Positions 51,623-59,392 of a DNA stretch of 64,000 bases are shown one piece after another. Within the stretch, counting starts at the first letter, position 1; the number at the start of each line of letters is the position of its first letter. The translations under genes and the position numbers were made by a program. The notes below the pieces were generated by a model that saw nothing but the letters and a program-made list of their open reading frames with translations, did no database searches and had not been told where the DNA came from. Source of the DNA: Bacteroidota bacterium (GTDB lineage: Bacteria > Bacteroidota > Bacteroidia > NS11-12g > UBA9320); contig NVWV01000002.1 in the NCBI GenBank assembly GCA_002746305.1, positions 43,737-107,736 of the forward strand, written 5' to 3'.

Positions 51623-52906
51623 ATGATAAAAAGACTTCTAACTGTAATCCCAATCGTCATGATTGGGATTTTTGTTTCCGCTCAGACTATTCGTCTTGAT
51701 GCAGATAAAAGAGTTATAGATGATGCTTTTGAGAAATCTCAAAGTATACTCCCAGTTTATAAATATACAAGCGATAGTATTCAACCGTATTCTAAGTTTG
51801 GTTTGAAGATTGATGAGAGTAAACCTTGGTATGTAGTTAAGAAAATGCCTGTTATGCAGAATTGTCGGGATACAGGATATACCTACATCTATTTTGCAGG
51901 ATCAGACAATGCAGAAAGTCAAGGCTATTTACTCACTATGATTGGCAATTATGCTAGATCAAGAAGAACGGTTTACTTTTATATTGATAGAAACAATGAT
52001 TTTGATTTTACCAATGATGGTGAACCCGATAGTGTTACGGTAATGCAGCATTCGTTCGAAATTGATTTAGAGAACTCAAATGTTAAAGGGGCCACATATG
52101 GGATTAAGTTAACTCGATTTAAGTACGGGGTAAATGTGAGATACAAGAATCTATTGACGCAGCATTACCAAACTCATAGTGGTAAAAAAATATTTACGGA
52201 TATTAACTACTGCTTTAGAGAACAACGGTATAACTCAATTCTTGCCCATTACAAGAGTGAAACGGATTCTTTTAGCATAGGTATAAAGGACATGAATGTC
52301 AATGGAATTTATAATGAGAGTTGTACAGATAAGCTATTTGTAGGTCAGTATAAAGAACAAATCAAATCGGATCAGTTATTTGACATGACTCCAACCATAT
52401 CTAAAAATGCCTTTGAATGGAATGGAAGGAAATATAGACTAGTGAGCATTGAATCAACTGGTAACTATATTGAAATACAGGAGGATCAAAATGCGATTCT
52501 GACAAACAAGTTGGAAATAGGTAAAAAGGCTCCAAATTTTACATACTTTAATGTTCTTAATAAGAAGCATCAGTTGAAGGAGTATAAAAAGCAAGAGATA
52601 TACTTATATTTTTGGGATAAGGAGTCACTGGTCGATGAGGACACAACGTACTTGAATAAAATCAATAAGGAGTATCCTAAAGTGAAAATTATTACACTCA
52701 ATCATGGAGATGAACCAAAGCAGGTCAGAATTACATTTTATTATGATAAAATTCAGTTTCCAATGGGGTACAGTAACACAGATATAGCAACAAAGTATTT
52801 TTTAGAAGATGTAAGTAGGGGCTATTACTTGGGAAAACGGTGTAAATTGATGGATGATGAAATCACTCCCAAGGAAATGTACGAAGTTCTTACCACTCGC
52901 GAGTAA
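51623..52906 (+). CDS. Secreted 427-aa hypothetical protein with a C-terminal thioredoxin-like (TlpA/AhpC-like) region lacking the CxxC cysteines
   Basis: Signal peptide MIKRLLTVIPIVMIGIFVSAQ. The C-terminal segment KKAPNFTYFNVLNKKHQLKEYKKQEIYLYFWDKES...KVKIITLNHGDE follows the TlpA pattern (APxF...GK.vll.FWAsWCxPC), but with YFWDKES in place of WCxxC. Confidence 0.5.
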   Translation: MIKRLLTVIPIVMIGIFVSAQTIRLDADKRVIDDAFEKSQSILPVYKYTSDSIQPYSKFGLKIDESKPWYVVKKMPVMQNCRDTGYTYIYFAGSDNAESQGYLLTMIGNYARSRRTVYFYIDRNNDFDFTNDGEPDSVTVMQHSFEIDLENSNVKGATYGIKLTRFKYGVNVRYKNLLTQHYQTHSGKKIFTDINYCFREQRYNSILAHYKSETDSFSIGIKDMNVNGIYNESCTDKLFVGQYKEQIKSDQLFDMTPTISKNAFEWNGRKYRLVSIESTGNYIEIQEDQNAILTNKLEIGKKAPNFTYFNVLNKKHQLKEYKKQEIYLYFWDKESLVDEDTTYLNKINKEYPKVKIITLNHGDEPKQVRITFYYDKIQFPMGYSNTDIATKYFLEDVSRGYYLGKRCKLMDDEITPKEMYEVLTTRE

Positions 52907-52927
52907 AACGTATATTCGCTTATTCAA

Positions 52928-53467
52928 ATGGAGTTATCTTTATCCGTCATTCTAGTTATAGTTGGTGCATTTATTTTGCTAAAGTATGCTAGAAAGCTAG
53001 TCTCAAAAATAATTGGAGTTGTGGGAATAACCGCAGGGATACTTGGTTTTATGTACTACAAATCCATTGGTCCTTTCAAGAACAATGTTGCGGATATTTC
53101 TCATTTGGAAGAAAAGTATTGTGGTTCAGACGGTGATCGAGATATATGTGATTGTATTCTCAAACCAGCTAAACAGGATATTGCATCTCGTTTTAGTTCT
53201 AAGGAGATTGATAATCTCTCAAATGAAAAAATTAAGGCTGTATATGTTCTTCAAAAAAGTCTGGCAGCTACCAAGGAACAGGCACTTGCATGTCTGACTT
53301 TAAAAGGGGAATCTAAGAAATATAAGGTGTTTCTTCAAGATTTTATTCCTATTGAGAATAGATACTTAGACCTAGCTGGAGAAAAAATCAAAGATTTAGG
53401 AGAAAAAGTACGTAAAGAAGTACACACCTTTAATGAGAATAAAGAAGATATTGACAATAAATATTAG
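52928..53467 (+). CDS. Hypothetical membrane-anchored protein (two N-terminal TM helices, Cys-cluster CGSDGDRDICDC)
   Basis: 179 aa. No family recognised. Confidence 0.45.
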   Translation: MELSLSVILVIVGAFILLKYARKLVSKIIGVVGITAGILGFMYYKSIGPFKNNVADISHLEEKYCGSDGDRDICDCILKPAKQDIASRFSSKEIDNLSNEKIKAVYVLQKSLAATKEQALACLTLKGESKKYKVFLQDFIPIENRYLDLAGEKIKDLGEKVRKEVHTFNENKEDIDNKY

Positions 53468-53847
53468 GCTAAACCTAATGCGTGTTTTAGCTCAGTAACT
53501 TGACTTTCCCAAAGCATATTCATTTCTTCAACCTCGTCATCATCAACATAGTCGGTAATAAGTAGACCAATATCGCCAGTAAGTTCATCCTTTGTGACTT
53601 CGAATTGGAAATATTCGTCAGAAGGATTATCCAATAACTTGAATTTGATAAGCTTTCCGTTTACTTTCTTTACTAGTTCGGCTTTATTCTCTTCACCATC
53701 CCAGAAAAAACTATACTGCTTACTTCCCTTTATGTTGACATCATCACAAAACCACTCTACTAAACCAGATGGCGTAGATAAGTACTGAAATAATATTGTT
53801 GGAGATGATTTTATTACGAATTCTAATTCTATTTTAACTCTTTCCAC
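53464..53847 (-). CDS. START-like / SRPBCC-superfamily small protein
   Basis: 127 aa. MERVKIELEFVIKSSPTILFQYLSTPSGLVEWF... fits the START-like domain family common in Bacteroidota. Confidence 0.65.
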   Translation of the reverse strand: MERVKIELEFVIKSSPTILFQYLSTPSGLVEWFCDDVNIKGSKQYSFFWDGEENKAELVKKVNGKLIKFKLLDNPSDEYFQFEVTKDELTGDIGLLITDYVDDDEVEEMNMLWESQVTELKHALGLA

Positions 53848-53916
53848 TTTTGTCTTTTCTTAAGAATTTTCAAATAAACGATTTTTTACCTTATAAACTA
53901 TCCAAGACTTCTATTT

Positions 53917-54540
53917 TTGAACCCTGTGTTAGTACTATTTAGAACATACAAATACTATTATGTCACCGCTTTGGGATGCATTCTAATTGGACTTATGAGT
54001 TTGCTTTTTTTGGATAAGGGTGAACTTGTTCTAAATCTTAATTATGAACATACGCCCCTGCTGGATAAAGTATTCATTTGGATAACCAAGGGAGGAGAAA
54101 TCTTAGGCGGAGTAGTTGTAGTTCTTTCGCTTCTTGTTCTTAAAAATAAACGGAATATTGTAGTATTAGTTGCTGCAGTTTTATTATCACTAGCAGTCTC
54201 TCAACTATTAAAACATGTGGTATTCAAGAATGAGGGAAGGCCTTCTTCTGTTTATGAAAATTTAGAACCTATTGACGGTGTTACTCGTCATAAAAATAAT
54301 TCTTTCCCAAGTGGACATACCACTGCGGCTTTTACTTTCTTTACGGTCTTGGCTGTAAGTTTTAAGAAAAAATCAATTCAGTTTGTAGCTCCATTACTAG
54401 CTAGTTTAGTTGGTATCTCGAGAGTTTACCTTGGTCAGCATTATCTCAACGATGTTGTGGTTGGTGCAATTTTGGGATTGTTTATTACGTCAATAACCAT
54501 AATACTCTTGAACAGGTTTGTTCCGATTAAAGTAGAGTGA
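53917..54540 (+). CDS. PAP2-family phosphatase (lipid phosphate / undecaprenyl-PP or lipid A phosphatase-like)
   Basis: 207 aa. PAP2 motifs KxxxxxxRP-like region, PSGHTTAAF and SRVYLGQHYLNDVVVG (SRxxxxxHxxxD). Confidence 0.85.
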   Translation: MNPVLVLFRTYKYYYVTALGCILIGLMSLLFLDKGELVLNLNYEHTPLLDKVFIWITKGGEILGGVVVVLSLLVLKNKRNIVVLVAAVLLSLAVSQLLKHVVFKNEGRPSSVYENLEPIDGVTRHKNNSFPSGHTTAAFTFFTVLAVSFKKKSIQFVAPLLASLVGISRVYLGQHYLNDVVVGAILGLFITSITIILLNRFVPIKVE

Positions 54541-56237
54541 TGCAGTGGATTAAATCACATATAGGTTTTATATCAATTCTCTTTTTTTATCTGATATTAT
54601 TCCTTCCATTCTTAGGAGAAGTTCATTTATTTGATTGGGACGAGATAAATTTTGCAGAAGCGGCTAGAGAAATGCTTGTTACAGGGGATTGGCTGAATGT
54701 GCAGATAAATTTTGATCCATTTTGGGAGAAACCTCCATTGTTCATTTGGATGCAGGCACTTTCTATGAAATTATTTGGAGTACATGAATTCGCAGCTCGA
54801 TTTCCAAATGTAATAATAGGTTTAGTAACACTATTTATTCTCTATTTCTTTGTGTTCAAAAGATACGGAAAGCAGGCGGCTGTTTTTACCTTGCTTCTAT
54901 ATATAGGATCGTATACTCCTCACTTCTATTTCAAATCGGGGATTATTGACCCATTGTTCAACTTATTCATATTTTTAAGTATCGTATATCTTGTAAAGTG
55001 TATTGAAACTAAAAGAATAGTTAATTTTCTATTTTCTGGCTTGTTTTTGGGTTTGGCTGTGATTACAAAGGGACCTGTTGCTCTTTTACTTGTTGGAGTT
55101 GCAGGCTTATGTTATCAAATAATCTATAAGGTTAATTTTTATACACTTAAGTCTTTGCTTGTATTGCTGCTAGGCTTTTTGATTGCTCCTGTTCTTTATT
55201 TTGGAGTACAGGTTATGCAAAATGGTTGGTGGTTTGTAACTGAGTTCTTGATTTATCAAGTCGATTTATTTCAAAATCCAGTGGCGTCTCATGGGCAACC
55301 GTTTTACTATCACTTCGTGGTTTTACTTATTGGTTGTTTCCCCCTTTTCATACTTGCTTTTGAGAGTATGATGTCTAAAAAATCGGTAGAAGGAGATTCA
55401 ACAGCATATCGATGGATGAAAGTTTTATTTTGGGTTGTACTGATTATTTTCTCTTTAGTTACAACCAAGATTGTCCATTACAGTAGCATGTGCTATATAC
55501 CTTTAGCAGTAGTAGGGGGTGTTTGGTTATCCAGATTTACAATAATGAGCACTCCAACTAGAATCACATTTGGCATTATTAGCAGTGTCTGGGTTTTGGT
55601 TTTATTCCTTTGTGGCTTATTTGCTTTTATAGACTTGCCAGCAATCCTGAAACCCTACATTAAAGATGCTTTTGTAGTTGCTCAATTGGATTCAGATGTG
55701 ACTTGGAGTTTTATTCCTATGGCATTGGCATTCCTTTTATTGGTAGGGTGTATCAAACTACTTATTGGTCCAACTAAAAAATCAATAGCCTCATTTCTTA
55801 TTACAAATACGTTGGTAATAACATTGCTTATGGTGAGCTTTGTGCCTCAAATAGAACACACTGTACAAGGTAAGTGGATCCAGCAATTGGAGTCATATCA
55901 AGGCATTAAAATGGCCCACTTTACAGTTGGCTTCAAAAGCTATGCTCACATATACTATACTCATCATGAAAATCTTAAATCAGTTCAGAAGATTAAAAAA
56001 AGGCTTCTAGCTGAAGAAAGCATGACAGAGAGTATCTTCAGCTTGAATCAAGAGGAGAAGAAAGAGTTTGACAGAAAAATACGTGATTACATAATTAAAG
56101 AGACCAATATCCCTGTTTCTGTTTCAGCCAAGGTTCAAAAGTTTGAAGAAATGAAGACTAGATACCCAGATCTAGAAAAAGTTTTCGAAGGAAATGGATA
56201 TGGTGTATGGGAGAGATCTAAAGTATCTGGTAAATAA
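54537..56237 (+). CDS. ArnT/PMT-like GT-C glycosyltransferase (GT39/GT83 family)
   Basis: 566 aa, multi-TM. N-terminal LFDWDEINFAEAAREMLVTGDWL...FWEKPPLFIWMQALSMKLFG is the ArnT/PMT signature loop with DE-type acidic residues. Overlaps the PAP2 gene by 4 nt. Confidence 0.8.
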   Translation: MMQWIKSHIGFISILFFYLILFLPFLGEVHLFDWDEINFAEAAREMLVTGDWLNVQINFDPFWEKPPLFIWMQALSMKLFGVHEFAARFPNVIIGLVTLFILYFFVFKRYGKQAAVFTLLLYIGSYTPHFYFKSGIIDPLFNLFIFLSIVYLVKCIETKRIVNFLFSGLFLGLAVITKGPVALLLVGVAGLCYQIIYKVNFYTLKSLLVLLLGFLIAPVLYFGVQVMQNGWWFVTEFLIYQVDLFQNPVASHGQPFYYHFVVLLIGCFPLFILAFESMMSKKSVEGDSTAYRWMKVLFWVVLIIFSLVTTKIVHYSSMCYIPLAVVGGVWLSRFTIMSTPTRITFGIISSVWVLVLFLCGLFAFIDLPAILKPYIKDAFVVAQLDSDVTWSFIPMALAFLLLVGCIKLLIGPTKKSIASFLITNTLVITLLMVSFVPQIEHTVQGKWIQQLESYQGIKMAHFTVGFKSYAHIYYTHHENLKSVQKIKKRLLAEESMTESIFSLNQEEKKEFDRKIRDYIIKETNIPVSVSAKVQKFEEMKTRYPDLEKVFEGNGYGVWERSKVSGK

Positions 56238-57594
56238 TCAGTTCACTGTTATTACCTTTTTTTAGGGCGTGTAGTTCTTTAACCTTAAACTTTTTTTCAA
56301 TGAAGTCTCTTGATATCTCAGCATCCGTAGGAGCAAAATACGAGTCCCATATAATAAGACTCCCTCTTCGTGGAGTGTGATTCTTATCTTTAAGCCGTTT
56401 GATTTGGATAATTTGATTTTGGTTATCAATTATCTTATCTGCCGCAATTGCATAATAGTATGCAGAGGTATATACTGCTTCTGAATTTAGATCATCGTTG
56501 TTTGTTATCCAATTTGCACATTCAGATAATAGTTCCTGTAAAGGTTCATTTTGTATGTCACTTGGCAAATCCATTGCCATTTTATTATGTATAAATGGAA
56601 AGACAATAATGACAGCAATAAGTAAACCGTTAATGTACTTTTGATTAATAAAGTGTAAGCTGCAATGTAGCCACTCGAGTCCTCTATATGCTATGAATGC
56701 GATGAAAGGTATAATTACAATAAGGACTCTAGTAAGTCCGAAACTGTGGAACAAACCATACCTCCAAAAAATAGTGTGTGCAGCTATATAACCAATTGTT
56801 ATTCCGTATAAAAGGATGAATTCTTTGAGTAACATTTGTCCTTTAAAAAACCGAATGCCACCTCTAATTATACCTAGACAAAATAATATATAAATAGGCA
56901 AGCCTATTACATATGGCATTTGCTCAATGAAATGAGTGATTTCACCGCTACCATACTTAATTTCGACACCGGAGTATGGATTTTGATTGAACATCCACAA
57001 GAAGTCCTGAAACACAAATAATCCAATAATGCCGTAAATTACGTGACCCAATAAAAGATAAATAATATACTTATATCTTTTTGCAAACAGCAGGTAAACT
57101 AGGAAGATTATAGCAATGATATAGCCTTCCGATCGTATAAATGGCAAGAAGGAAAGCAGTCCCGATGCGAGTGCCGTTTTGTCCTTTAACTCAAAGTATA
57201 CAATAGCTATCAGCGAAAGAGCGAATAAAGGTTCTGTCAATCCAGAAGACTGAATTAAAAAGAAAGAGTATGCAAAGAAGCACAGGAAAACTCCCCACCA
57301 CCCATTAAGACTATAAAACTCAAAAATTCTCTTTGTGAGGTAGACAGAAATTAAAATACAAGTAGTATTAAATAGTTTTATACCCCACCAACCCAATGCT
57401 GCAAACGGAGAAGATAGTAGAATGAAAATTGGTTTAGACCACATGTCCATAAAGTAGTGTGGGGTTTGCCAGGCTTGATGAGATTCTACGTAGTGTAGAA
57501 TGCTATCACCACCGTCGAATGTGCTTTCATTTAGAAAAACAAGGATAAGGTCTAAGATGATAATACATATCCATAGTATACCGTTTCTTGTCAT
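56218..57594 (-). CDS. Polytopic membrane protein, GT-C-like putative glycosyltransferase (uncharacterised family)
   Basis: 458 aa, ~11 TM segments, with a periplasmic-loop DGGDS near the N-terminus. Converges on the ArnT-like gene and overlaps its 3' end by 20 nt. Confidence 0.45.
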   Translation of the reverse strand: MTRNGILWICIIILDLILVFLNESTFDGGDSILHYVESHQAWQTPHYFMDMWSKPIFILLSSPFAALGWWGIKLFNTTCILISVYLTKRIFEFYSLNGWWGVFLCFFAYSFFLIQSSGLTEPLFALSLIAIVYFELKDKTALASGLLSFLPFIRSEGYIIAIIFLVYLLFAKRYKYIIYLLLGHVIYGIIGLFVFQDFLWMFNQNPYSGVEIKYGSGEITHFIEQMPYVIGLPIYILFCLGIIRGGIRFFKGQMLLKEFILLYGITIGYIAAHTIFWRYGLFHSFGLTRVLIVIIPFIAFIAYRGLEWLHCSLHFINQKYINGLLIAVIIVFPFIHNKMAMDLPSDIQNEPLQELLSECANWITNNDDLNSEAVYTSAYYYAIAADKIIDNQNQIIQIKRLKDKNHTPRRGSLIIWDSYFAPTDAEISRDFIEKKFKVKELHALKKGNNSELIIYQIL

Positions 57595-58046
57595 AAGTCT
57601 AGCGATCCATTAATCCATTCACCGTCTAAATGTGCTCCATATCGCTCATAGAAATTAATTGCTGGTTGATTCCAATCTAAAACTTGCCAAATCAATTTAC
57701 TGCAGTTGCTTTCTTTTCCAAAATCAATACAATAATTAAACAATTGTTGCCCAGCACCTATACCACGATGTGCCTCAGTGACGATAAGATCCTCGAGGTA
57801 TAAACATTTACCTTTCCAAGTACTATATCTGTTATAGGTAATTGCAACGCCAATTATTTTATCATCTAACTCGACTACAAAGGCATCGTAAAGCTTATTG
57901 ATGCCGAAACCATCTTCAATCATTTGTTCCTCCGTATTATCAACCTCATTTGGGGCCTTTTCATACAAGGCTAACTCTTTGATTAGAGCTAAAATGTGAG
58001 GTACATCAGCCTTTGTAGCGTTACGTACATATGATTTTGAAGACAT
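57591..58046 (-). CDS. GNAT-family N-acetyltransferase
   Basis: 151 aa. Acetyl-CoA-binding motif AHRGIGAGQQLFNYCIDFGK (R/QxxGxG/A). Confidence 0.85.
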   Translation of the reverse strand: MSSKSYVRNATKADVPHILALIKELALYEKAPNEVDNTEEQMIEDGFGINKLYDAFVVELDDKIIGVAITYNRYSTWKGKCLYLEDLIVTEAHRGIGAGQQLFNYCIDFGKESNCSKLIWQVLDWNQPAINFYERYGAHLDGEWINGSLDL

Positions 58047-58086
58047 TGGGCGAATTTAGGTGAAATTGAGATTATCAAAGTTTTAT

Positions 58087-58121
58087 TAACATTAATATAT
58101 TAATAACATTAACGTAACATT
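58087..58121 (+). promoter_or_regulatory. Three copies of the 7-mer TAACATT at 17- and 11-bp spacing (Pho-box-like direct repeats) 21-55 nt upstream of the porin gene. A fourth copy lies at 59342..59348 upstream of nptA
   Basis: Read from the sequence: TAACATT at 58087, 58104 and 58115. The last two form a direct repeat with a 4-nt spacer (11-bp periodicity), as in PhoB-type boxes. The downstream genes are a phosphate-selective porin and a Na/Pi cotransporter. Confidence 0.3.
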
Positions 58122-58141
58122 GGGAATCATCATTTGCACAA

Positions 58142-59323
58142 ATGAACAAGCAAAATATACTATTTGGTGCTTTAGTGTTATTAACGTTTAGTTTAAATGC
58201 ACAGATAAATTACCCTTCTGTGGAGAAAGGAATGTCGTTTAAATCTCAAGATGAAAAGGTTAAAATGACGTTTTCTTTTAGAGTTCAAAGCTTGGCAAGT
58301 TACCAAAATGACTTGGATGGCAATAATGAGAGTATGAATGCTATGGTTAGAAGAATGAGACTTAAGTCCAAAGGATATATTTATAGTCCTAAGTTTGAGT
58401 ATAAGTTGGAACTAGCATTGAGTAATAGAGATCAAGGGAATTCTAAAGATGCAAGTCAGGTGAGTAACGGCTCCAAAATAGTATTGGATGCAGTTTTAAA
58501 ATATCACGTGAGTAAAAATCAACAACTGTGGTTTGGACAGACAAAACTTCCAGGAAATAGAGAACGAGTAATATCTTCTATGGCACTTCAATTCGTGGAT
58601 AGAAGTAATGTAAATAGTAAGTTTAATCTAGATCGAGATTTTGGAATACAGTATAGATTGAGGCAAAACATAGGGAATATGCCTTTGACATTAGCTGCAG
58701 TAGTAACGACAGGGGAAGGAAGAAATATAACAGCCTCCAATAGCAAGGCCGGTATGGCTTATACAGGTAGGGTGGAGTTCTACCCATTAGGTGAATTCAC
58801 ACGAAAAGGTGACTATTTCAGTGCCGATTTGGTTCGAGAGGAGAAAGGTAAATTGGCGATTGGGTCGTCATTTTCTTTCAATCAAAACACAACCCGAAGT
58901 AGCGGTCAATTAGGTAGTTTTGTAACAATGCAGGATTCACTAGGAAATACTTCTATGTTATTCAATGATATGTCAACTCTATTTGTTGATGCTATTTTTA
59001 AGTACAATGGTTTAAGTATTATGGGTGAATATGTCAACAGAGACTTAAAGAAGGACATTAGAGGATTTTCTTCTGGAACTGGATTTGTAGGGCAGGTTGG
59101 TTATTTATTTGGAAATAATATGGAACTAGCGGGTAGATATACATCTGTCAATTTGGCCAAAGGATTAGCCAAAACATCAAATACTACAGAGTATACACTT
59201 GGTGTATCTAAGTATATTGTTGGACATAAACTCAAAGTACAATCAGATGTAGCGTATATTGATTCAGAATCTGCAGCAGTTGCTGATTACAGAATCAGAT
59301 TTCAAATAGAACTGGGAATTTAA
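58142..59323 (+). CDS. Outer-membrane phosphate-selective porin O/P-family protein
   Basis: 393 aa. Signal peptide MNKQNILFGALVLLTFSLNAQ. The Porin_O_P-like segments RRMRLKSKGYIY and VLDAVLKYHVSKNQQLWFGQTKLPGNRERVISSMALQFVDRS match the family pattern (RRARL...LLDAY.kY......l..GQfK.Pf.rE...S...l.F.eRs). Confidence 0.65.
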   Translation: MNKQNILFGALVLLTFSLNAQINYPSVEKGMSFKSQDEKVKMTFSFRVQSLASYQNDLDGNNESMNAMVRRMRLKSKGYIYSPKFEYKLELALSNRDQGNSKDASQVSNGSKIVLDAVLKYHVSKNQQLWFGQTKLPGNRERVISSMALQFVDRSNVNSKFNLDRDFGIQYRLRQNIGNMPLTLAAVVTTGEGRNITASNSKAGMAYTGRVEFYPLGEFTRKGDYFSADLVREEKGKLAIGSSFSFNQNTTRSSGQLGSFVTMQDSLGNTSMLFNDMSTLFVDAIFKYNGLSIMGEYVNRDLKKDIRGFSSGTGFVGQVGYLFGNNMELAGRYTSVNLAKGLAKTSNTTEYTLGVSKYIVGHKLKVQSDVAYIDSESAAVADYRIRFQIELGI

Positions 59324-59392
59324 TTAATAGCTTAATAATACTAACATTACATATGGCTTGCTTTTTTGCAGCCTTAATAACCAAATTATAAA

